DNA from: Tepidisphaeraceae bacterium | GTDB lineage: Bacteria > Planctomycetota > Phycisphaerae > Tepidisphaerales > Tepidisphaeraceae | Assembly: GCA_963702995.1 (NCBI GenBank) | Contig: OY969783.1 | Span: 4,457,122 to 4,521,121 of the forward strand | Direction of reading: 5' to 3' | Length of the DNA: 64,000 bases | Shown here: positions 30,440 to 39,706 of the stretch, one piece after another | Layout of the letters: each line of letters opens with the position of its first letter | How positions within the stretch are numbered: position 1 is the first letter of the stretch | Notes under the pieces: model-generated | What the model was told of the DNA's origin: nothing | The model's database searches: none | Seen by the model: the letters and a program-made list of their open reading frames with translations, nothing else | Translations under genes and position numbers: made by a program

Positions 30440-30660
30440 TGTAACGGAGCCCCTCGCTCATTCGTAGGGCAGGCACCGCCTGCCGCAGTTGTTGCTCCGT
30501 CCCGTCGAATCGATTCCGTAGGGCGTGGTTCACCACGCCGCTGGGGCTGTGGCGTGGTGAACCACGCCCTACGCGGCTGGCCCCGCCGCAGGGCACGCAC
30601 CGCGTCGCGATGCGTGCCCTGCAAACGCGCGCCCGGCTACGTTCGAGCCGGGCGATCGAT
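30440..30660. repeat. cluster of four consecutive GC-rich stem-loops (REP-like) between prmC and the flotillin operon
   Basis: GGCAGGcaccgCCTGCC; CCGTAGGGCGTGGTTCACCACGCC...GGCGTGGTGAACCACGCCCTACGG (22 bp); GCAGGGCACGCaccgcgtcgcgatGCGTGCCCTGC; GCCCGGCTacgttcgAGCCGGGC. Confidence 0.5.
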
Positions 30661-31026
30661 GTTGGCGCGGGACGGGCCGCCGTTGGTTGACGTGACTGGG
30701 TTGGCCACCGCGGCGGCGGCCGCCTCTTTCAAGGCGACCATCGCCTGTTCAGCCATCTTGTCCGACAGCTCCTTCAGCGCGCCGGTTTGGCCGTTGCCTG
30801 TGGCGGCGAAGTTGAAGCCGGACTTCTCGGCGACCATCAGGCCGATGAGCGTCCCGAGCAGCCCTTGGCCGCCGGCGGCCGCCGAGGTGCCATCGCCGCC
30901 CGAGCCGCCGCCCCCGGCGACGAACATGTGCGCCGGCACCAGCGGTTGCTGGCTCTTGGATAGGTGCTCGGCCACCAGCGCCAGTGCGTAGAGCCGCGGG
31001 TCGCCGAAGCTGCCGATTTTCTGCAT
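30637..31026 (-). CDS. Gly/Ala-rich small protein downstream of the flotillin gene, unknown function
   Basis: MQKIGSFGDPRLYALALVAEHLSKSQ...GGGGSGGDG...LIGLMVAEKSGFNF. Candidate ATG overlaps the flotillin 3' end by 17 nt. Start uncertain. Confidence 0.4.
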   Translation of the reverse strand: MQKIGSFGDPRLYALALVAEHLSKSQQPLVPAHMFVAGGGGSGGDGTSAAAGGQGLLGTLIGLMVAEKSGFNFAATGNGQTGALKELSDKMAEQAMVALKEAAAAAVANPVTSTNGGPSRANIDRPART

Positions 31027-31039
31027 CAGGACCGACGCC

Positions 31040-32962
31040 TCAGAGACCAATCTGCAGCGTCCGCTGGCTTTCGCCCTTGCCGGCGAGGATCCGCTGCTCG
31101 CTTTCCGCCTTGGCGGTGACGACCATCTGCTCGGCCTGGCGGCGCGAGCGTTCGAGGTCGGCCTCGGCCATGACGATCTGCTGCTGCGCCTGCTTGCGGG
31201 CACGGGCCAGGTCGGCGTCGCCCTGGTTCTCGGCGATGCGGATCTGCACGTTGGAGTTGGTCAGCTCCGCCTGCTTGGCGGCCAGCGCTTCGGCCTCCTT
31301 GAGGGTGCGCAGCTTTTCCGACGCGGTACGCTGCCGCTCGAAGGTTTCAAGCTGCTCGATGCTGAGCTGGCGGATGCGGAGCTGTTCGAGCAGCGTTTCG
31401 ATCTTGCCGCCGGCCTCCTCGGTATCGGGCTTGCCGATGAGGACGTCTACGCACTCGATGTCGAACTCCTGAAACCGGGCCTGGAGCGTCTTGCGCGCCT
31501 CCAGTTGGATCTGGTCGCGGTCATGAAGCAGCTCGAGCATCGTCTTTTTGTGGGCGATGTCGCGGAAGTAAGCGCTGAGCATCGGGTCGAGCGTCTGGGT
31601 GATCAGCCGCTTCACGTCGCCGAAGCGCTGGATGACGCTGGGGGCCTTCATGTAGTCGATGTGGACGACCACGCTGAGCGGCAGGTCCGGCTCGTAGGCG
31701 TCCTTGGTGACCAGGGCGATGCTCTCGAGGTTCTCGTCGTACTTGTGGCTCTCGGATTTGCCGGTGACCCAGTGGAGCACGAAGTTGGTTGTCGGCACGA
31801 AGATGATCTGCCCGGCGTAAGTGTTGAACGGGTACTTGCCGGGGCCGAACGGTTTGTCCCAAACGCCGCGCTCGCCCCGGGCGACGCGGTCGCCGTGGCG
31901 GAAGGTGTCGCCGGAGACGTCTTTCCCGACTGGCCCGCAGTAGCTCACCACCACACCGACGTACCCAATCGGCACGACGGTCTTGGGGATGATTTCCAGC
32001 GTGGCGAACCAGCGGTTGATGAAATAGGTGCCGTCGGTGAGCGGGACGTATTGGCGCCCGCGCCGCCCGCCGGCCGCCAGGAAGGCTTCGGGGTCCTGGA
32101 AGTTGTTGTGGTAGTTCCCGTCGTTCGCGTCGTTGCCGACCGACGGCGCGATGATCTCGCCGGGCGCGAGGCTCGGCCCGTCGTGGACGGTCACGATGCC
32201 GATCGAGTCCACCACGATCTGCCGCGAGGGCATCAGCGGGTCGGGCGCGGACATCAGCTCCCCGATCACCACCGGGCTGAAGCCGTTGACCTCCCGCAGC
32301 TCCTTCTGCCAGCCGAGCAGCCGTTCCAACTCGGCCCGCCCCTGCGTATTGAGATGGAAGACGACGTCTTCGGTGATGACAACAAAGAGGGCGAGGTTGA
32401 TCGCATAGACGCCTTCACGCAGGATCTCGCGCTGGCGGCCGCGTTGGCCATACCCCTTGCGGTCGCTGTTGCCCACCTTGCCAAGGAAGCGCAGCGCGTC
32501 CTGGAAGTTGTTGGAATCGACCACGCGGGCGAGGGTCTGGCTCGGCTGCAGCGGCCCGCCGTCGCGGGCGTAGACGTAGCCGACCTTCCCCTGCGGAATG
32601 GTCACCAGCGGCACCTTGTGGATGCGGTACTGCCATCGCCAGATGAACGGATGGATGCCGCCGCGGAGCAGGTTCGCCTGGAAGCCGGCCTCGCCGTCGA
32701 TGGCGATGATGTGCCCTTCCTTGACCGAGCCGGCGTGGCTCCAGAGCTTCTCGACGATGCCGACGCGATCATTAGGGATGTACCGAATCCCCAGCCCGCC
32801 GATGACCAGCAGGAACAGCCCGGCGAGCAGCGCGAGGGTCGCGATCAGGCCCCACGGGATGTCGCCGTCGCCAAGCGTCGCCAGGTGCGGCAGCAGCCGC
32901 GGCGCCGCGTCGAGCCCGAAATGCGATCCGGCGGCCGACGCCGCCAAAGTTCCCCATGCCAT
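31040..32962 (-). CDS. flotillin-like SPFH/band-7 domain membrane protein (YqiK/FloT family)
   Basis: N-terminal TM, SPFH domain, long C-terminal coiled-coil (EA-rich repeats). 640 aa. Start ATG 32962. Confidence 0.85.
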   Translation of the reverse strand: MAWGTLAASAAGSHFGLDAAPRLLPHLATLGDGDIPWGLIATLALLAGLFLLVIGGLGIRYIPNDRVGIVEKLWSHAGSVKEGHIIAIDGEAGFQANLLRGGIHPFIWRWQYRIHKVPLVTIPQGKVGYVYARDGGPLQPSQTLARVVDSNNFQDALRFLGKVGNSDRKGYGQRGRQREILREGVYAINLALFVVITEDVVFHLNTQGRAELERLLGWQKELREVNGFSPVVIGELMSAPDPLMPSRQIVVDSIGIVTVHDGPSLAPGEIIAPSVGNDANDGNYHNNFQDPEAFLAAGGRRGRQYVPLTDGTYFINRWFATLEIIPKTVVPIGYVGVVVSYCGPVGKDVSGDTFRHGDRVARGERGVWDKPFGPGKYPFNTYAGQIIFVPTTNFVLHWVTGKSESHKYDENLESIALVTKDAYEPDLPLSVVVHIDYMKAPSVIQRFGDVKRLITQTLDPMLSAYFRDIAHKKTMLELLHDRDQIQLEARKTLQARFQEFDIECVDVLIGKPDTEEAGGKIETLLEQLRIRQLSIEQLETFERQRTASEKLRTLKEAEALAAKQAELTNSNVQIRIAENQGDADLARARKQAQQQIVMAEADLERSRRQAEQMVVTAKAESEQRILAGKGESQRTLQIGL

Positions 32963-33253
32963 GGTCGAACTCCTCGCCCCGTCGTGCGGAAATGGGCTGC
33001 TCTCGCCGCTCCGGACTGACTCGGCGCTTCGGCCGAGTCGCTGTGGCGATCGTTTCGCCTCGGCAAGCGTCGGCGCTAGAGCGTCGTGCCTGCCGGTCGG
33101 AGCCGAAAATCATCAAATGCCTGCGAAAGTCCCATCTGCCCAACGTGAGCAATGTCGTTGAAAAGCATAACGCTTCCGGCAATCGCGGGCGAGGCGGCCA
33201 CGCTTCCCGCTCTTTGCGGTAATAGCCTGACGAAACGAGGCTTAGGCATCGGT

Positions 33254-35100
33254 ATGTGGAGATTGACATTTTATAGTCGCGCGCGGCTGCCGAAGTGGGC
33301 TCTGGCCGTGGTTGCACTGGCGCTCCGCGCGTCGCCAGGCGCGGCAAGATGTGACCCATCCGCGCCCGGCGGCACAGCGGGGGCTCCCACCACGCAGCCG
33401 GCATTCCGCGACACCCGCATGGATACGTGGCCGGCCACCGACGGCCTGGGCCGCGTGCTCCCGGGCGAGAAGGAGTGTGGCCCGCCGCGGCCGGGGAAGT
33501 TCGTCGGCGTCTTCTACTTTCTTTGGCTGGAGGGGCGCGCCGATCAACCGGTCTACGACCTTTCGCAGATGCTTCTTCAGAGCCCGACAGGCCCCGCGCT
33601 GGGCCGCGCGGCGCCTTCCATTGGTGGGGCCGCCCGTGGATGGGGTACTACCGGAGCGACGACGAATCCGTCATCCGCCGGCACGCGCAGATGCTCGCCG
33701 ATGCGGGCGTGGATGCCATCTTTTGCGACGTGACCAATGCCTTGACGTACGACAAGACGCTCATGACGCTCTGCCGCGTGTTCGAACAGGTCCGCAAAGA
33801 GGGCGGCCGCACGCCGCAGATCGCCTTCATCACCCATTCGGCGCACGAGCGGGTGGTTCGCCACCTGTACGAAAGCTTTTATGCGAAGAAGCTCTACCCC
33901 GATCTCTGGTTCCAGTGGAAAGGGAAGCCGCTGCTCCTTTCGTCGCAGGAGGGGCTGGACGAGACGATCCGCGGCTTTTTTACGTTTCGGGAATCGTGGG
34001 CGTGGACGTCGCCCAAGGATTGGTTCGGCGACGGCCGCGATAAATGGGCCTGGCTCGATCACACGCCTCAGCAGCCGGGGTGGCATGAATCGCGCGAGAA
34101 ACCGGAGCAGATCTGCGTGGCGGTCGCCGAGCATCCGGTCAGCAACATCGGCCGCAGTTTTCACGACGGCCACGAGCCGCCCCCTGAGGCCGCCGACCCG
34201 GCCCACGGGCTCCACTTCGCCGAGCAGTGGAAGCGCGCGCTGGACGTTGACCCCGAGCTGATCTTCGTCACCGGTTGGAATGAATGGGTGGCGCAGCGGT
34301 TCATCAAGACAGGCGGCCGCGGCGCCGGCACGATGCTGGGGCGGAAGCTCACCGATGGCCAGAGCTACTTTGTTGATACGTACAGCGAAGAATACAGCCG
34401 CGATATCGAGCCCATGCGCGGCGGCCATGGCGATGCCTTTTATTATCAGCTAATCGCCAACATCCGCCGGTTCAAAGGCGTGCGGCCGCTCGAGCGGGCA
34501 TCGGCCGCAAAAACGATCGACATGACCCCCAACGCCGCCGATTGGGCAGACGTTCGCCCGGAATATCAAGATGACCTGTTCGACACGGCCCGGCGCGATC
34601 ACCCGGCGTTCGGCCGCGCCACCGGCGAGCCTGAGCGATACATCGACACCAGCGGCCGCAATGACCTGGATGGGATGAAGGTGGCCCGCGACGCCAACTT
34701 CGTCTATTTCTACGTCCGTACCCGCGAGCCCCTCACTCTGCCGGCGGCCGCCGACGAAAGTTGGATGCGGCTCCTGATCGACATCGACCAAAACCCCAGC
34801 ACCGGCTGGAACGGCTATGACGTGTTGATCAACCGGACGCGCCCCGCCCCCGGCGTCTGTTCCGTCGAGGCCAGCGCCGGCGGCCAAACCTGGAAGCCGA
34901 TCGGCCAGGCCCGCTTGGTCACAAGCGGAAATGTCCTGCAGATTGCCGTGCCGCTCGCCCTCATCTCCCCTGAGCGCCGCCCGCTCAGCTTCGACTTCAA
35001 GTGGACCGACGGCATCCCCCCTGACGCCGACATGATGGACTTCATCGATAAAGGCGACGTCGCCCCCAACGGCCGCTTCAATTACCGGTGGGGCGAATAA
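33254..35100 (+). CDS. secreted TIM-barrel glycoside hydrolase-like protein (GH99/GH71-like); frameshifted at about 33595-33615
   Basis: Signal peptide MWRLTFYSRARLPKWALAVVALAL. GVFYFLWL in frame A. HWWGRPWMGYY..FCDVTN...IFVTGWNEW in frame B. One C missing in a GGCCC run. Confidence 0.6.
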
Positions 35101-35385
35101 GGATGAAGGAGGGGAGGAATAAGGATGAAGGATGAGGGCGAAGGATGAAGGAGGGGAGGAATAAGGATGAAGGATGAAGGCGAAGGATGAAGTTAAGAAG
35201 AGCGACGCGGTCCTCTCTTTCTTAATCCTTCATCCTTCTCTTCCCTATGAGGCGTAAGGATGAAGACGAAGGTGAAGGATGAAGCGAAGATGAAAACGCC
35301 GCCGTCCCTCTTCTCTTCATCCTTCTGCTTCATCCTTCATCCTTCTCTTCATCCTTCATCCTTCTCTTCTCCCCCTTCATCCTTT
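35101..35385. repeat. heptamer-repeat palindromic element, copy C (GGATGAAGG-based, with internal 47-nt tandem duplication)
   Basis: Begins immediately after the GH stop (taa 35098-35100) and ends next to the DUF3500 stop (35389). Two nested hairpins: ggatgaagttaagaagag...ctctctttcttaatccttcatcc, and aaggatgaagacgaaggtgaaggatgaagcgaagatg...cttcatccttcatccttctcttcatcc. Confidence 0.7.
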
Positions 35386-35388
35386 GAT

Positions 35389-36534
35389 TCAATGCGTCTG
35401 GTCGTAGTGGTGGCGGAGGATGTCTTCGCCGAAGTCGTTGGCGGCGTCGCGCCAGACGGTGTGGATGTGGTTGGCGTTGTTTTGGGTGTCGTCGAATTCG
35501 ACCAGGAAGGTCGGGCCGTGGAGGCGGTAGTAGTGGCCGACGCCAGGCTCGATGCCGCCCGCCCATGAGAAGTAGACCTTCTCCCAGCCGGCCTGCTCGA
35601 TCTGCTTGAGGTCAATCTCGGCCAACTCCGGCCGCAGGCGGTTGGCGTACCACTTCACGAGCGTCTGGAGCGTCTGCTTCGAGCCGCTCGACATCTCGCC
35701 GAAGGGAACGCCCTTGGGGTCGCCCGGGGCGGCCTTGCGCGAATTGCCGGTGATGACCTCCTTGGGGGCTTCGGCCATGATGATCGCCGTCTTCCGCTGC
35801 GCCTCGGTCAGGGACTTGACGAGCGTGCGGCCCATGTCCTCTTCGACGCTCAGGACGCGAAGGCCTTTGCGGGGCCCTTCAAGCACTTCGGCGGGGTTGG
35901 TCCCGAAGAAGATCGGCCCGCCGGCCACGGCTTTGCCGCCGGCGATCGTGAAGTTCAGTGCCAGGTGGTGCCCCTCGACGCGCCAGCCCCAGGTCTCGCT
36001 GGGCCCGGGCTTGCCGAAGATCGAGAAGTAATAGTTGTCGGGGTCGCGAACGGGGCCTTTCTTGCCGGCCTCCAGTTCCTTGAGCACCTGGTCGAGGCTC
36101 ATGATCGACACGGCGGCCGCGTAGCCGCGCTGGCTCAGGCCGGAGCTGAGAAAGGCGTGGCCCAGGTCCTTCTGCGGGGGCGTCATGTCCTTCCAGGGAA
36201 GGCCTTTTCGTTCGCGGGGGATGAAGTGCCAATCGAACCGCTGTTCGTCTTTGAAGTCAAAGCCCGCTCGGGCCTGCTGCTCGGGCGTGAGGGACGCCCA
36301 GAAGCGCATGGCGTAATCGGCCATCTCGGCGGCCGCTATCTCGGCCGTGGCCGGCGTCGCGGTCGTGGTCGCGGCGATCGACGCGGGCGCCTCGGCGGCA
36401 AGCGCCGAGGGGCCGAAGAGGCCGTCCGCCCGACCGCCCCAGGCGGCCAGTCCGACGCCAGCGGCCAGGGCGAGCGCCGCAAGATGCTTCCGCCCCTGCC
36501 GGGGCGCGGCGGGGGGAGTGAGAGTCTGTTTCAT
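35389..36534 (-). CDS. DUF3500 family secreted protein
   Basis: Signal peptide; conserved YFSIFGKPG...WGWRVEGHHLALNFT block. Confidence 0.7.
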   Translation of the reverse strand: MKQTLTPPAAPRQGRKHLAALALAAGVGLAAWGGRADGLFGPSALAAEAPASIAATTTATPATAEIAAAEMADYAMRFWASLTPEQQARAGFDFKDEQRFDWHFIPRERKGLPWKDMTPPQKDLGHAFLSSGLSQRGYAAAVSIMSLDQVLKELEAGKKGPVRDPDNYYFSIFGKPGPSETWGWRVEGHHLALNFTIAGGKAVAGGPIFFGTNPAEVLEGPRKGLRVLSVEEDMGRTLVKSLTEAQRKTAIIMAEAPKEVITGNSRKAAPGDPKGVPFGEMSSGSKQTLQTLVKWYANRLRPELAEIDLKQIEQAGWEKVYFSWAGGIEPGVGHYYRLHGPTFLVEFDDTQNNANHIHTVWRDAANDFGEDILRHHYDQTH

Positions 36535-36804
36535 GATCCTTCCTCGTGTTCCTGTTGTTCGTACGGCGCCGTTGACGACGGGCCGGGGATCGCGCTCACA
36601 GGAAGGGGAGCGCGCCGAGCCTGGCGAATCCGCCGCGGGGTCGCCGCTTCATACCGCCGCCGGATTCGCGAGTTGCGTCGGTTCGACGCCGCTCTCTAAG
36701 ATATCGCCACGACGACCGCCTGTGGTGCGGCGTCGGCCACGGGCGGATCGACATTCATCCGTCGCGCTTCGCCCGGCCTTGAACCCTCTCTCGGAGAACC
36801 CGCC

Positions 36805-37416
36805 ATGCACCTTTTCTCGCGCACGCTCACATTGCGGCTCTTGCCGCGCCTGGCCGCTTGCCTGACCGCCGGCACCCTTTTGGCGATGCCGCTCGCCGCT
36901 CGGGCGGAGGCTGAAAAAGGGAAGCCGACCGCCGCGACTGCCACCGTCCGTGGCGCCGGGGAGAAAAAGGACGAGATCAGCGGCACGGTGAAGTTCACGG
37001 CCGCCGAGGACGGCGTCCATGTCGTCGCCGAGATCAAGGGGCTGACCGCCGGAAAGCACGGCTTCCACATCCACCAGAAGCCCGACCTCTCCGCGCCGGA
37101 CCTGACCAGCGCCGGCCCGCACTTCAACCCGACCAACGCCAAGCATGGCGGCCCGCACACGGACGTCCACCACGCGGGCGACCTGGGGAACCTCGTCGCC
37201 GACGAGAAGGGCGTGGCCCATTACGACGAGGTGATCAAGGGCCTGACCCTGGCGGGCGAAACCAACGGCGTGATCGGCCATTCGGTCATTGTTCACGCGA
37301 AGGAAGATGAGATGACCCCCGCCGACCCCAAGGGCTCGGGCAACTCCGGCCCCCGCATCGCGGGCGGCGTGATCGAGGCCGGCAGCGGTGAAGAGGCGAA
37401 GCCGGCCAGCAAGTGA
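36805..37416 (+). CDS. sodC: periplasmic Cu/Zn superoxide dismutase
   Basis: GFHIHQKPD, GPHFNP, HAGDLGN, signal peptide. GGAGAA SD upstream of ATG 36805. Confidence 0.9.
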   Translation: MHLFSRTLTLRLLPRLAACLTAGTLLAMPLAARAEAEKGKPTAATATVRGAGEKKDEISGTVKFTAAEDGVHVVAEIKGLTAGKHGFHIHQKPDLSAPDLTSAGPHFNPTNAKHGGPHTDVHHAGDLGNLVADEKGVAHYDEVIKGLTLAGETNGVIGHSVIVHAKEDEMTPADPKGSGNSGPRIAGGVIEAGSGEEAKPASK

Positions 37417-37442
37417 AACCACTCCCAAGACCGAATCGGAGA

Positions 37443-37477
37443 GAGAGGCGACGCGGGAAGACTCGCGTCGCCTCTCG
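37443..37477 (+). terminator. stem-loop just downstream of sodC
   Basis: GAGAGGCGACGCGggaagactCGCGTCGCCTCTC, 13-bp perfect stem; no U-tract. Confidence 0.4.
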
Positions 37478-37585
37478 CTCCGCCCCTCTGATCCAGACAA
37501 AACATTAACAGTTTGCAGCCGAGATTTTTTCACGGATACTCGTTGCATTGCCGAAGGTGAAGGGGATTCACGGCTAGGTATCGCC

Positions 37586-38956
37586 ATGCTGGTTTCATTC
37601 TCCGTCTCAAACTTCCGATCGATCGGCGAAGAGCAAACGCTCAACATGGTCGCCAGCGCTAAGTTCGCTGATCACTCGGGCCATTTGGTACCGATTGGTT
37701 CGACCGGTCAGAAGGTCGTGCGGGCAGCGGTGATTTACGGAGCAAACGCCGCAGGCAAGTCGAACCTGGTCCGAGCGATGACATTCGCGCAGACGATGGT
37801 GATCCACGGAAATCGGCCTTGGCTCGTTCAAGCGGCGAAATTTCGCTTCGACGAAGCCTTCCGTTCGCAGCCGAGTGCATTCGAGTTTCGATTTCTTACA
37901 CTAGGGCGTGTGTTCACCTACGGTTTTGACCTAGCTGTCCATGAAATCCAAGACATCCAAGCTGAATGGATGACCGTACTCGCCGACGGCGAAGATCACG
38001 TTGTGTTTGAGCGCGACGGAGATGGGAAGACCGTCGTCTCGGATACGCTCGCGTCGCTGTTTCCGGACGACGCGCGTATTCGTGAAGTATTACACGCCCT
38101 GGCTTTGCTTCCGCTAAAAACAACGCAGTTGCTATTGAACCGCGCCACGACACTTCCCAGTGAAGTGCTCGGGAAGACGCTGAAAGCGATCGTCGGTTGG
38201 CTCACGAAGCAGTTGCTCATTCTGCAGCCCGACCACCGCAGCCGGGCGTTGCTTGACCAACTGTACGAAGACAACGAATTTCGGCGGCTGACAGAGCGCT
38301 TCTTGCAAGCTGTCGGGACAGGCGTCGAGGGCTTGGACTTCGAGACCGAGGAGGTCGAACTTGAACGTCCGAACGAGTTTCCGCCACCATTCAGGAGTGT
38401 GCGGCACTTGCGCGACGTGAAACCGAAGCCGGATGACCCTGCTCGCGGGACTCGCCGCCAGCTTCTGGCGATTCATCCGACGAACGACGCGCGGATGTCG
38501 CTTCCCTTCGGTGAGGAATCGGACGGAACCATTCAACTTCTGCACCTGATGCCCGTCCTCGCCCCAGTGGCGAAGGGAGCTAAAGTAGTGGTGATCGACG
38601 AGTTGGACCGTAGCCTTCACCCGCTGCTCTGCTGGGAGTTCATCCGTCTGTTCAGCGAGACGGCCCCCGGCGCGCACAAGCAGTTAATCGTGACGACGCA
38701 CGAGGCGCACCTGTTGAATCAGGATCTGCTGCGACGCGACGAATATTGGTTTGTCGAGAAGGACGAGCGTCAGCAGACCCGGCTTGCCTCGCTGTCGGAC
38801 TTCAAGGCGCGGAACGACCTGAAGATCGAGAAGGGCTACTTGCAGGGCCGCTTCGGCGCGATCCCGTTCATCGGATCGATGGCCGAGATTGAGAAGCTTC
38901 TAAACCGACCCGATGCCGATCAGGAGCCGTCATGCCCAAACGACAGCGGCCACTGA
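37586..38956 (+). CDS. AAA family ATPase (ABC/SMC-like, AAA_21-type; AbiLi/RloA-like)
   Basis: N-terminal SFSVSNFRSIGEEQTLNM...IYGANAAGKSNLVRAM (Walker A). C-terminal VVVIDELDRSLHPLL (Walker B/D-loop) and TTHEAHLL. Start MLVSF at ATG 37586. Region GC visibly lower than flanks. Confidence 0.7.
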   Translation: MLVSFSVSNFRSIGEEQTLNMVASAKFADHSGHLVPIGSTGQKVVRAAVIYGANAAGKSNLVRAMTFAQTMVIHGNRPWLVQAAKFRFDEAFRSQPSAFEFRFLTLGRVFTYGFDLAVHEIQDIQAEWMTVLADGEDHVVFERDGDGKTVVSDTLASLFPDDARIREVLHALALLPLKTTQLLLNRATTLPSEVLGKTLKAIVGWLTKQLLILQPDHRSRALLDQLYEDNEFRRLTERFLQAVGTGVEGLDFETEEVELERPNEFPPPFRSVRHLRDVKPKPDDPARGTRRQLLAIHPTNDARMSLPFGEESDGTIQLLHLMPVLAPVAKGAKVVVIDELDRSLHPLLCWEFIRLFSETAPGAHKQLIVTTHEAHLLNQDLLRRDEYWFVEKDERQQTRLASLSDFKARNDLKIEKGYLQGRFGAIPFIGSMAEIEKLLNRPDADQEPSCPNDSGH

Positions 38957-39549
38957 TTCGCGACGGTGTCACGGAACGCGACGCCAGCCTGATCCTTATT
39001 GCCTCTGAAGACACTTACGCCCCTGAGAAATACTTCCGCAGCTTTAAGCCACGCCGGGTGCAGTTCCGCTTCCTACCGACAGCGGAAGGCAGATCTTCGC
39101 CGCGTGCAATCGTCAACCGGCTCAACGAGTATAAAGCCGAGTTCCAGATCGGCGAGGACGACGAGCTTTGGTACTGCGGCGACATCGACCATTGGGCCGC
39201 GAGCAACCACATCCCCAACCTTCATCGCGTGCTCTCTCACTGTCACAATCAGCGATTTCGCGTGGCGTTGAGCAACCCATGTTTTGAGGTTTGGCTTCTG
39301 CTTCACTTTGAAGAAGCACCGGAAGCGGAACTCGATTGCGACACGATCTGTAAGCTATTGCGGGCGGCTGCTGGTGGTTATTCAAAGCCGAATGGCTGCG
39401 CCGCCAAAATGACAAAGGAACATGTGCTACAAGCCGTGGCTCGTGCGGGGCGCGGTGACACCGGAGACGTCTTACCGCTTAACCCGGCTTCGCAAGTTCA
39501 TCGCATTGTAACGTCGATGGCTAATCGCCAGTCGATTGTGCTGCGATAA
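38932..39549 (+). CDS. RloB-like (TOPRIM/OLD-family related) protein, partner of the upstream ATPase
   Basis: N-terminal SLILIASEDTYAPEKYF resembles the RloB signature (IxCEGxTExxYF). Overlaps the ATPase 3' end by 25 nt. Confidence 0.55.
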   Translation: MPKRQRPLIRDGVTERDASLILIASEDTYAPEKYFRSFKPRRVQFRFLPTAEGRSSPRAIVNRLNEYKAEFQIGEDDELWYCGDIDHWAASNHIPNLHRVLSHCHNQRFRVALSNPCFEVWLLLHFEEAPEAELDCDTICKLLRAAAGGYSKPNGCAAKMTKEHVLQAVARAGRGDTGDVLPLNPASQVHRIVTSMANRQSIVLR

Positions 39550-39706
39550 ACCCGCCGGGAATGTCCCAATTGTGGCCGCGTTGCGGGCCGGAGCCTGTCG
39601 CTGCGTCAAGGTTGTCCGCGCCGCATCTTTTAAACGACAACTACGCCCGCTCATTTCAGCGAGCGGGTTTGCCGGGCGATACGACTAGGGGTCCGATCGA
39701 ACGCTC

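Noticed and set aside
31505-33019. 504-aa plus-strand ORF
   Set aside because: Antisense to the flotillin gene.
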